Positions 13,997 through 24,244 of a stretch of 35,439 bases of DNA are shown here, one piece after another. The DNA lies in contig CALSCP010000298.1 in assembly GCA_943704425.1 (NCBI GenBank), positions 3,959-39,397 of the forward strand. The letters run 5' to 3'. The position numbers were made by a program, and so were the translations under genes. Under the pieces are notes generated by a model. That model made no database searches, was not told the origin of the DNA, and saw nothing but the letters and a program-made list of their open reading frames with translations. Origin of the DNA: Ministeria vibrans ATCC 50519. Taxonomy: Eukaryota > Protista > Filasterea. The stretch's first letter is position 1; every line of letters begins with the position of its first letter.

Positions 13997-14009
13997 GTCT
14001 CTCTCTCTC
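13896..14009. other. Assembly gap (N run) followed by (CT)n
   Basis: Poly-G, then Ns at 13896-13904, then about 100 bp of CT repeat. Confidence 0.95.
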
Positions 14010-14043
14010 ACACACACACAGTCATAATTTCGTTGGCTCTCAC

Positions 14044-14617
14044 ATTGGGATCAATGTTCCACGCGCCTTCCAGTGCCTTCACACGCTCATCTCGCTCGTC
14101 CAACAGTCGCGTGTACAGCTCAGACTGTCGCGACTGTTTCTTCCGCATGTACTTCACAATTAACACAGTCAGCGCCATGCCCACCAGCAAGAGCGATACT
14201 CCAACGCCCGCTCCAACTTGAATGGCCAAGGGGGAATGCTTCTCAATGCAATCAGTACCCCGTGGGCCCACACAGCCCAACGTGCACACCACATCACACG
14301 CGAGACACACTGGCCCTTGATAATACTCGCTATACGCTTCAAAGTATGTCAGCGGTGGACACTCACGCACACACTCCGGTCCAAACTTTCCATCATAGCT
14401 CTTCAGTGGCGCTTGGCACTGACACACCGGACGCACAGCCGGCACAGGACTTCCTGTCACATTCACCGTCAAGCATATTCCCTCAGGATACGTTCCACAC
14501 GGCTGTGCATCACACGACGTCACAAACTCACAATTACTCCCTATAGCACAAGCACAAAGATGAATAAAGCACAAGCAAGATGAATAAAGAGACAAAGGAA
14601 ACAGAAACAAGAGACAG

Positions 14618-14698
<81 letters not shown>

Positions 14699-15023
14699 CT
14701 GACCAGTCAAACCATCAGCACAACACGAATCTGCACTGGGCCCGGCACATCCCGCCGGCTGAGTGTACGCCAGTTCGCCAGGCAACGTACTAAACCCTTG
14801 AAGACCTGCAACACCCCACATCAAAAATAAATCCCCATCAAAAATAAATCACCATCAAACACTAATGCAACGCACATTGACTGTCGCACATGACACACAC
14901 TGGATAATCCCCAAATGAGCCGCCGGGACAAAAAGGTCCGGGAAAGGGGTTTCCGGTGATGGTGGTAATGCGCGTTTCAATAATAACCACTGGAATCTAA
15001 AACAAGACGAATGCAATGTAAAA

Positions 15024-15105
<82 letters not shown>

Positions 15106-18010
15106 TTTCCCAAGTTTTGTTGTTACCTGAGACAAATTATTAGCATTGAGATTGAGAAACCCCATTGGACCGGATTTCCAGTTTGAAAAGGATAAAATGG
15201 TCAGTTGATTGAAACTGAGGTCAAGATAGTCCGCAGAAAACGACACAAAGTCAGTCGAACTCAACAGATTCGATTTCAGATTGACTGTTTGAACATTTCG
15301 AATCTGCACCAAAAAAAAAAACGAAAAGATTAGAGAACACAAACCATACAATGAATGGGCAGTTCTGACGGGCGAGAAAAAGAGGGGATCGACAGAGAGT
15401 ATTTGATTAAAACTGGCGTCAAATAAGGTAAGGTCAAAGGCCAAAGGAACAGACCCAAAGAGAGCGGGAAACGAGTGAATCTGATTGTGTGCGAGTGAGA
15501 CAGAGTCCACTGAGCTCAGTCCCGAAAAGAGTCCACTCGGGATCGATGTCAGTGCATTATCTAAAATAGAGATTATTTTAGTTCTTCTTTCAAAAGAAAA
15601 TTAATGTTCAACTCACATGACAAGTCTAATTGTTTCAATTGGGAGAGTTGTGCAAATGTAAATTGTTTGAGCTCAGTGAGTTTGTTTGAGCTCAAATCCA
15701 ATCGAGTCAGAGCTACGAAAAACAGGTTTTAGATTCATATTCATATAAATGTATATCAAAAATGTCTTTCTTACTGGAATTGAGCGGATCGAATAGGTTT
15801 TCACCGACTGAGCTAATTCCACTCAGAGAAAGAATGAGAGTATCCAAAGGACAGTCGCTAAACAACCTTGATTGTGCTACGCACGCAAAAGAAGAATCAG
15901 TTAAAGGATAACAATAATTCATTGAATCCTACTGAGCGATATATCTGAGACAGAAGGAGACCCACCCAAAACGAGATGCTTGAGACTGCGCAGGTGGGCA
16001 AAAGGAAGTTGGTCGAAGTAGGAAGTGGAGAGGGCGATGTTTCCCAAATTGAGTGACGAAAGAGAAACCAATGACCCAAACAACACGGGCGATAGTCCTT
16101 CCAGTGCCACTGCCCCTCCCATCTCAAGCTCTTCCAGTTCCACTAGACCAGAGAAAGTCTCTAAAAACAACAAGAACAACAAAAATTGTTCGTTATTGTT
16201 ATTCTTTATAAATTTAGTGTTTTTAACCGTTATTGAGTGATTTTCCATTGAATCGTTCCATTCCAATCCGTTTGAGGCTCTTTGTGTAGCCAAAAAGATC
16301 ACTCGGAAGTTCGGTGAGATCATTAAATCCGATTTCGATTGTTGACAAATTCGAGTTTAGCTCAAATAGGTTTGCTACAAATCAAAACGTGATAAAATAA
16401 ATAAATAAAAATTATTAATAATAATAATAATAATAATTATTATTATTATTATAATATTAATAATAAATAATTTAGTATTATTATTACTATTGTAGTAATA
16501 ATAATTATTATTATTATCATATTCGTAATAAATCAATAGTGTTATAGCATGTACTTACTCGGAAGGGACTGGAGTCCATTGAAAGTCAAAGAGAGAAAAG
16601 TGAGATTCGGGTAATGGTCAAAGAAGTGTGGGGGGATGAGTTGAAGGGAGGCCTGCGAAAGAGTAAGGCTGGAGAGGGACGGCAGAGGTTCGAGGGAGAG
16701 GGAGGAAGGAAGGGGGTCTGCGGTGGGGCAGTTGACGCAGGAGAAGGAGGTGAGGAGAGGTAGGCGAGAGAGGGAGTCGGGACTGAAGAGGGGTGCGGTG
16801 GAGAGAATGGAGGAGAGAGTGAGGGTGTGGAGGGAGGGAAGGGTGTTGAAGAGAAGCGGCGGGTGGAAGATGGCTGTATTAGTAAGGGTGAGCGAGGCGA
16901 GGGAGGTAAGCGACGGGCCCAGTAGATTCTGGGTGGAGTTGATGCCGTTTTCAATGGTGACGCTGAGTGAGCGCAGGTGGGGATTGTTAAGTGGAGGAGA
17001 GGGGGTGGCGTAGAAGGCGCTAAACGAGAGGGTTTCAAGGGCAGTGAGAGGCGTAAAGAAACCAAGGTTGATGACACCGTAGAGAAGTGTGTCGGACATG
17101 TTGTAGACGGAGAAGAAGTTGTCGAGCGACAGATGACGCAGAGAGGGACCCAGCGGCTCAAAGGTGTTTGCTGGGGGCCCGACAAAGAGGACTTGGAGGA
17201 ACGCGAGGTTGAGTTGCACAAGGGACGGCAAACCGACAAAGTCGGATGCATTCATGTGTTGCACAACCATGTTGGAGAGCGTGAGTTCGCGCAGAAGCGG
17301 CAAGTCGCTGTAGACGCCATGGATAGTGGCCGACGACTCTGAGCCAATCTTGGAGCTGAATGAGATTCGAATCACCTCGATGGCGGGAGTGCTTCGAAAG
17401 GTGTCGTGCGGTGGAGGCACGCGCAAGCCTGGGAGAGACGATGGAGTGTTGACAAGAGAGAACTCACGCAGTAGACGGTTGTGTGCGAACAAGCCGGGCG
17501 GCAAGGACCCGATGCCAGTGTAGCTTAGGTCCAGTACAGTCAAGTTGGCGAGGGGCGCGAGTAGACGGGGCGGGAGGGCATTGAGAGAGGGGTTTTGGTG
17601 GAGGAGGAGCGACTCGACCGACGTGTGTTGGAAAGCGTCGCTCTGGACGGACACGAGAGCGTTGTATGACAGGTCGAGTGTTCTCAGATGAGGCAGCAGG
17701 GCAAAGGAGTTGTTGGCGACGAGCGAGAGAGCATTGTGGCTCAAGTTGAGAGACTGGGTCTCAGGGATCTCGTCAAAAGAGAGAGCCTAAAACCACGACA
17801 GAGTGAGCCAAGTCGCCGTCATACACTTCGAAGAGTCATGGGAGACAAAATGGGTACCGCGATGGAGGAGATTCCTCGTCCTGCGCAATCCACCGAAGTG
17901 GCAGCACACACACACACACGACAGGGATTTGAAGCATGGGCTGCTGTCGCCACGACGACAACGCCAACAATGAAGAAGGCAGAGGCCGCCCACCCCAGCG
18001 TAGCAGTCAT
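14044..18010 (-). CDS. Signal peptide + LRRNT + many LRRs + Cys-rich (EGF/furin-like) + TM; ectodomain of a receptor-like kinase
   Basis: Signal MTATLGWAASAFFIVGVVVVATAAHA. LRRNT PCRVCVC..VDCAGRGI. Repeated LxxLDLSxNxL. Cys repeats CDVVCTLGCVGPRGTDC. TM IQVGAGVGVSLLLVGMALTVLIV followed by KYMRKK. Ends AWNIDPN|GT. Confidence 0.88.
14621..14696. repeat. (CA)n microsatellite, intronic
   Basis: Pure CA run. Similar runs occur at ~15030-15102 and ~21605-21681. Confidence 0.95.
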
Positions 18011-18123
18011 AAAAAGATTGACTGATAACTATCGTTAAATTTTAAAACTTAAAACATGTCATCAGATATTATGTCAATGAATGTCAGTCACTCAGTTCGC
18101 AAGATAAAAAAATATGATTCTTA

Positions 18124-20043
18124 TTATACAAGGGACTGACCATGCTCACAAATCAGCGTCTCACTGGCGAGAGTCTCGAGCCGAATGACATTGCGAAAGG
18201 CAGTGCGACCGTTGAAGGCGGCGCCGGGCAACATGACGTAGTTTTCGCGGTCAAAGGTGCGCTGGGCAAGGACAGAGCCTGTGTCGTCGCCCAGCACCAC
18301 CTGCGAGACTGTCTTGTCGGCCGCAAGAATGTCATGGGTCGTCGCAACGGCACGCACCAGATCGGACGTGAGCAGTGACCCACTCAACGTCTGTGCAACC
18401 CCGTCGAAACACACATGGCCAAAGTAGTCGTGCGCATAGACGAGAGGAGACTCGGCAAAGCACACGCGCAGATTTGCATTGAGTGCGACCAGAGAGTCGT
18501 GTTGCAATTGGCGCAATTTTTCCACCGCCCGAAAGTCATAAAGCAAATAGAGTTCGACAATGACACAGAGTGTGAGTGCGCCAAAGGACTGAATGTACAG
18601 CCCCACAAACTCCCCATCGCGACCACTCATAATCTGCTCCATTGGAATGCGATTGACCGCGTCCGTCGATGGAAACGGGGCGGGCAGGGCATCGCGACGA
18701 AGCTGAGTAAGCTGGTCGTACGGCAGAAAGACGGGGAGCAGAGTGACGCCACGCTGGCTCAACTCAACGTCCCCAATGGTTCCGGTGAGGGCAGATGCAG
18801 TGAGGGCCGCCGAGGCTGCTGAGGCAAAGAGGATCTGCTGCTGCTGCTGTTGCTGTTGTGGAGTGGCGTGGCGCTGCTGCGATGGGCTGCTGGTGGAGGT
18901 GCTTGAGGCACTTGTGGTGGTGTTGGTAACGTTGCTACTGGTGATGGGATTGGCAGTGGTCGCGGTGTAGGAGGAGGAAAGAGGAGGGGCACTGCTCAGC
19001 GCACCACTGCTGGATGAGGGAGCAGCAGAGGAAAATGAGGAAGATGAAGGGTTGGTGGTGAGAAGGAGGGAGGAGGAGAGTGGCGGTGAGCCAATGAGGT
19101 GAGCTGTGGTGGGGGTGCTAGTGCCACTGGGAGTGCGAACGCTAGTGGTCTGCGGTGCTGCGTTGTTCACCGTCGCATTGTGCAGTTGCGAGAACCCTAC
19201 GCGCGTTTTACGCGCCACAATCCAGTTGATAAAGTTGGTGGGCAGGTCTGAGCAGAGTGCACTAAAAAAAAAAAAGAAGAAAAGAGAAATGAAAACACAA
19301 GGTGGACAACAAGATAGATTCGAAATGTGCGTACGTGTTTTCGTAGAGGATAGCGCCTGCGAGCACACCAGGATAGCGACGGACGCGCTGGAGGATCTGA
19401 GAGGCTGCAAGAAAGTGGCGGGAGGAGCAGGCGGGAAGGTGAGTGAATGGGGTGGGGTTGAAGGCCGGGTGGAGGATGTTTTCGGTGCGCTCGACGAGAC
19501 CCAGCAGCGGCTCGCATATCTTTTTCATCTCGTCGAGAAACAGTCGCCGGTCACCGTTGCAACGGCGCTTGACACGCCCAAACGAGCCGTGGTAGAACCG
19601 AAAGGCGCCGTAGAAGCTGTCGAGCTGGTTGATGAGGGCCGTGTCGGGCTCGTCGAGCGAGCCGCACAGGCACAAGTGGTAGTGGTCGATGCGCAAAATG
19701 GACATTTTTTCGCGCTCCATGCGAATGATGCGCGCCGGCGAAAGCGAGTATTTCTCGGCAAAGACGATGAGTGCCGACACGGCGCCCATGAGGAGCGACT
19801 GGCTCTCGACCGAGGTGGTGTCGGAAGGCGAAAAGTAGCAAATCATGTCCTCGGGCGGATCCTCCTCGTTCTGGCACCCTGTCGTGTCGTGCACAAAGAA
19901 GGTGTGGCCCGTGCGCGAGGCAGCGTGGCCTGACGACGACAGGAAGTTCAAGTCGGTGCCCCTGTAAGAAAAAGGGGGTTGAGAGTCACAAGACGGACGA
20001 GACGAGAGTGGTCGTACGCGTGACTGTCGTCAAAGTAGCTCAT
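18124..20043 (-). CDS. HPS4: HPS4-like BLOC-3 subunit (longin-domain Rab GEF subunit), 3 exons
   Basis: FFVHD...EEDPPEDMICYFSP..QSLLMG, FRFYHG and AASQILQRVRRYPGVLAGAILY match the HPS4 N-terminal longin regions. A central S/T/Q low-complexity insert is present. Confidence 0.85.
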
Positions 20044-20226
20044 GGTTGATCAAAGGTTCTTGAGCACGAAGAGCACAAATGCGAGCCGATCGACCACTGA
20101 GACAAGAAGAGGAAAGCGACAAGAAAAATTAAATCATTAAAAGACAAAAGTTCAACTTGAATGATTGAGAATTAAATTTTTACCTTCTTTCCGTTTGTTT
20201 CTTAACTTTCTTTTCACCCGTTGACC
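20044..20226. promoter_or_regulatory. Putative bidirectional promoter for HPS4 and MSS4
   Basis: 183 bp between divergent ATGs with an AT-rich core. Positional inference only. Confidence 0.55.
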
Positions 20227-21371
20227 ATGTCGTCGGACGGAACAGTTGAAGTGGCAGGCAGCCAATTGAGAAGCACGGCAGCCCCGTCGATTGCCGAGGT
20301 ACATCAATCAATCATAACAAATGGCGTGTGCGGCTGCACGTCGCTGCCGTCGCACTCGCCTGCCTGACTGCGTTGGATCGTTGCTAGGACGGCACCAATG
20401 CGTCCGATCTGAAGTGCCTCAACTGCCCCTGTGTGATCCTCAAGGCGAGTGCCGGGCGACATTTGCAGGAGAGCATTTTCCTGCCGTACATGCGCCAGAA
20501 GCGCGAGCTGGTGGACGACTTGCGACAACAGAGCGAGGCGTGCACGGCCGCAGTGGACGGCGACGCGGCGGTGCAGGACACGTCGAGACTAGAAGGGACT
20601 GACGTTGTCGATCATTGGCTGTGCTCCGACATCTTTGCCTTTGAGAACATTGGCGTGTCCAAGACGGGTACGGCCCTGCGTGTGCGCCAGCAGAGAACAT
20701 GGAGTGGTGTGGTGCATCTTGTGGCGTGGCGCATTTGTGTGTGTGTTGTGTTGTGTGTTGTTTCGTTTTTGTGCCTTGACCCTGAGCGTGTTCGACTGCC
20801 CTCTTCGTACTCCCCACACACATGTGACATATCGGATCAGCATCAGATTTGCTTCCCACTTGGTGTTTGCGTTTGATTTGATCTCAATTTGTTCTCAACG
20901 TTTCACTTTTTTTTTCGTTCACTCGACCCAAAATGCCCATTGCGTACCTTGCCATGTTCGTTCTATGGCTGATTCCCCAGTCCGCCTTCACTGTCATTAT
21001 GTATCTGCTATGGGCGTGCGGTGCCATCGGCAGACTCATCTTCTGGCGTTAATGCGTAAAAATGCGTTTTTTTATGTGTATTTTTTCTCTTTTATGCAAC
21101 TGTAAGGACGAAACGAAAGACAATGCACTGGTTATCGCATGCTGTGCTTCCTGTTTGTGTGAAAAATGTTTTTTTTTTTTTGTGGACGAATTTTTTGTCT
21201 ATGTGGTGTGTTGAGTGGGTGTGTTTTGACACACTCTCTCACTCTGCAGTCTCCGGCATCAAGTACCTCATCTGTGCCGACTGTGAGATGGGGCCCATTG
21301 GCTATCACGACACGCGCGAGCAGCCTCCGCGCTTCCTGCTGGCCGCCGAACGCTCACAGTCAGTCAAGTAA
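20227..21371 (+). CDS. RABIF: MSS4/RABIF Rab chaperone/GEF, 3 exons
   Basis: Spliced: ..DLKCLNCPCVIL.., HWLCSDIFAFENIGVSKT|VSGIKYLICADCEMGPIGY. These contain two CxxC zinc knuckles plus the FENIG and ADCE.GPIG Mss4 motifs. Confidence 0.93.
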
Positions 21372-21421
21372 AATGTATTATTATTTTTATTTACAAAGTG
21401 ATTGATGAATGGAAGACCCCA

Positions 21422-21601
21422 CTACCACCAGTAAAGACGAATGTACACCACGACGGCGAGCGTGAGGAAGATGATGGCAAGCGGAGCCCATTTTCGCAGA
21501 AACGACATCCAATTGATGTGTTTTGCCGCTTTTCGGTACTCTTGCGAGGTCGCGGCAAGCTTTCCGGCCATTGCAGACACAGCTGAAAGTAGATAGAGAT
21601 G

Positions 21602-21684
<83 letters not shown>

Positions 21685-22516
21685 AAACATCTTTAATACA
21701 ATCATATTATAATTATTATATTTGTTGCGTACAGTCGAGGGATTCGCCGCGTTGAATGACATCGTCAATGTTCTTGATCATGATCCGCTGCACATCGGTG
21801 AGTTCGTCTGTAAGTTTGTTGAGATTCGATTGGCTGCGACTGTCGAGGTACGCGCGCTTGGTGCGTCCAATAAATGTTTCTGGGGAAGATCAAGTGTTAG
21901 CCACTGGACTCACTGGACTGTACCAACACAGTGCATATAACTCAATGCACAATCATCAAGAACGGCTGATACCAAAGTGAATGAATGGCCAGGGTCTGTC
22001 GACAGTGCTCACCTGGCCGCCGTACTGCTTGTCAAACTCCTACGTGGAACAAGTGACGAGACAAGTGAGTGAGCGATCGATGACTCTCACAAATCAACCG
22101 ACGACGCGTGTGCCCCAACGCGTACCACTTGGAGATCGTGCAAGAAGGAAAAGGCGAGCTTTTTCGGATAGCTCAGCTCAGTGAGGCACAGATAGACAAC
22201 ACCCCCTTCAATGAGGTAACTGCGACGAGCAAAAGGTTTAATATATATAATATATTTTTTTGAATAATAATATTTTTTTTGACACGACACCATTCCAATG
22301 ACAGTGCGCTGAGCAGAAGCACGCTTACTGGAAACAATAGCCATCGCCAGTCTCGAGTGAGCATCGGGCCGTGGCATCGTCGCTGAGCCGCTTGAAGAGA
22401 GCTTTGGCGGATGCTTTGTGACGCGCCATGTCGATTTTAGTGGAGGTTTCCTCCTCGGGCGCCGAAGAGAGAGGGAGGCCGTCGATGACGCGCGCGATCA
22501 GTGTTAAGTATATCAT
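21422..22516 (-). CDS. SEC22: SEC22 longin R-SNARE (SEC22B-like), 5 exons
   Basis: MIYLTLIARVIDGLPL, HYLIEGGVVYLCL..YPKKLAFSFL, TVDRPWPFIHF, ELTDVQRIMIKNIDDVIQRGESLD, and a C-terminal TM ending YIRLYWW*. Confidence 0.95.
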
Positions 22517-22599
22517 AGCTGATGTGTAATAACTGTTAACAGGTAAAGTATTTAAACTCTAATTTTCGAGTAATCCCAAATCTGATTTCTCTAACACAA

Positions 22600-22773
22600 T
22601 GTATAACTGGCTGTAAGACCTTCAAGATCGCTCTCCGGTCTGCCGGACGCGAACGAGAGCGGGTTCCCTACGCTCAAAGCGGACAATACTTTATTATACA
22701 GTGCACTATCTATGTGCGAGAGAGAGGCGCAGAACCCGATCAAATCAATCCCCAAGCCACTTAAAATGTTTTT
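22600..22773. ncRNA. Candidate structured non-coding RNA, family unassigned
   Basis: GC-richer island in an AT-rich spacer, with nested complementary segments and a T5 run at its + strand end. Confidence 0.35.
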
Positions 22774-23091
22774 CATCTGCGGTCCAAGAACAGTACAAAA
22801 CAATAATGTTATATTTTTATTATTATTATTATTATATTAATAATAATTATTATTAATTTATTAAATTGTTTTTGGCGTACCGTTTCTCAGAAAGAAAACA
22901 GAAAAAAGACTCTTTAGAGAAATCACAACCCAAAGTTACAAAAAAGAACAAAGAAAAGAATTCGTACTAAAAATACATAGAGAGCTCAATGTCAAAACAA
23001 GGCAGTACACAAACAAAGATAGAGTCGAAAGATGATTAAAAATAAGAAACAATCATTATGAATAAAAGCTATTTTTCTTTTCATTTCACTT

Positions 23092-24203
23092 CTACAGATC
23101 ACTCTTAATGCCGAGCTTTCCGCGAACGTAGGAAGTCAGAGCGTCGACATCACGCTCGCCAGAGTAGTCAATGGCAGTCTTGCCCTTGACAAACTTGACG
23201 GTAGGATAACCAGTCACCTGAAAAAGAGGGGAGAAAGTCAGTCCCAGAGTATGTGTTCTCACGCATATGCACTCTCACTTACACTGTACTTCTCACAGAC
23301 ATCACGATGCTGGGTGCAGTCGACGGCAACAAAGCCATTCTTGACCTTGGTCGCTGCTTCGGCATAAGCGGGCTTCATCTTTTTGCAGTGTCCACACCTG
23401 ACACACACACACACACACACAAACACAAACACACACAAACACATTTGGATCAATCACAGTCAACATCACACGCACTGCGTTCTGCTTCTCTTTCAAGGAT
23501 ACCAGGGGGCATAGAACATAGCAAGGAAGCCCTTCTTGCCCTCACCGGACACAAACGGGTCGTAGGTTGCGCTCGTGAGATGCATCACATCCGCTGCGTC
23601 GGGCTCTTCGCTCCACTGCGGTCCCTCTGATCACATCGAGAAAGCGAGAGAGGAGGAAGAAAGAAGAAAGTGGTAGAGAGAAAGAGAGCAATGATCAATA
23701 CGAAACAAAGAGAGATAGAGGGATGCTGGAGGGAGGTTTGATTACCAGGAGGGGGACGCACTGGTTCAGGCATTTTCGTGTCGGCAGTGGGTGCATTGAT
23801 GAAGTCCTATCCAAACACACACACACACTCAATCAGTCACATACAGAGAAGGAAAGAACGAGAGAGAGAGAGGAGAAAGAAACAAAGTGATAGAGAGAGA
23901 GGAGAAAGAAAAAAGTGATAGAGAGAGAGAAAGAAAAAAAGTGATAGAGAGAGAGAGGAGAAAGAAAAAAAGTGATAGGGAGAGAGAGGAGAAAGAAAAA
24001 AAGTGATACAGAGAGGAGAAAGAAACAAAGTGATACAGAGAGAGAGAGAGAGGTGTTGCTCTTACCAGGAAGTCCTGCTTCTTGCGTGCGCCGTTGTAAT
24101 CGTACTGGAGCTTACCGTACGAGAAGAACTTAAAGGCAGGGAATCCCTTCACTTCAAAGCGAGAGCCCAGTTCCTTCTCTGTAATCAATCAATGAGTGAA
24201 TAC

Positions 24204-24244
<41 letters not shown>

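Noticed and set aside
20770-20870. TPP riboswitch in the MSS4 intron
   Set aside because: Only CTGAG and GATCAG fragments are present. The conserved aptamer core and helices are missing, and the host gene is unrelated to thiamine.
22620-22740. HDV-like ribozyme
   Set aside because: An L3-like TTCGCGT is present on the - strand, but P3 and P1 do not pair properly.
22740-22780. SECIS element for a selenocysteine PDI
   Set aside because: An ATGA..AA..GA spacing exists on the - strand, but the stem is poor and all four PDIA5 active sites use TGY Cys codons.
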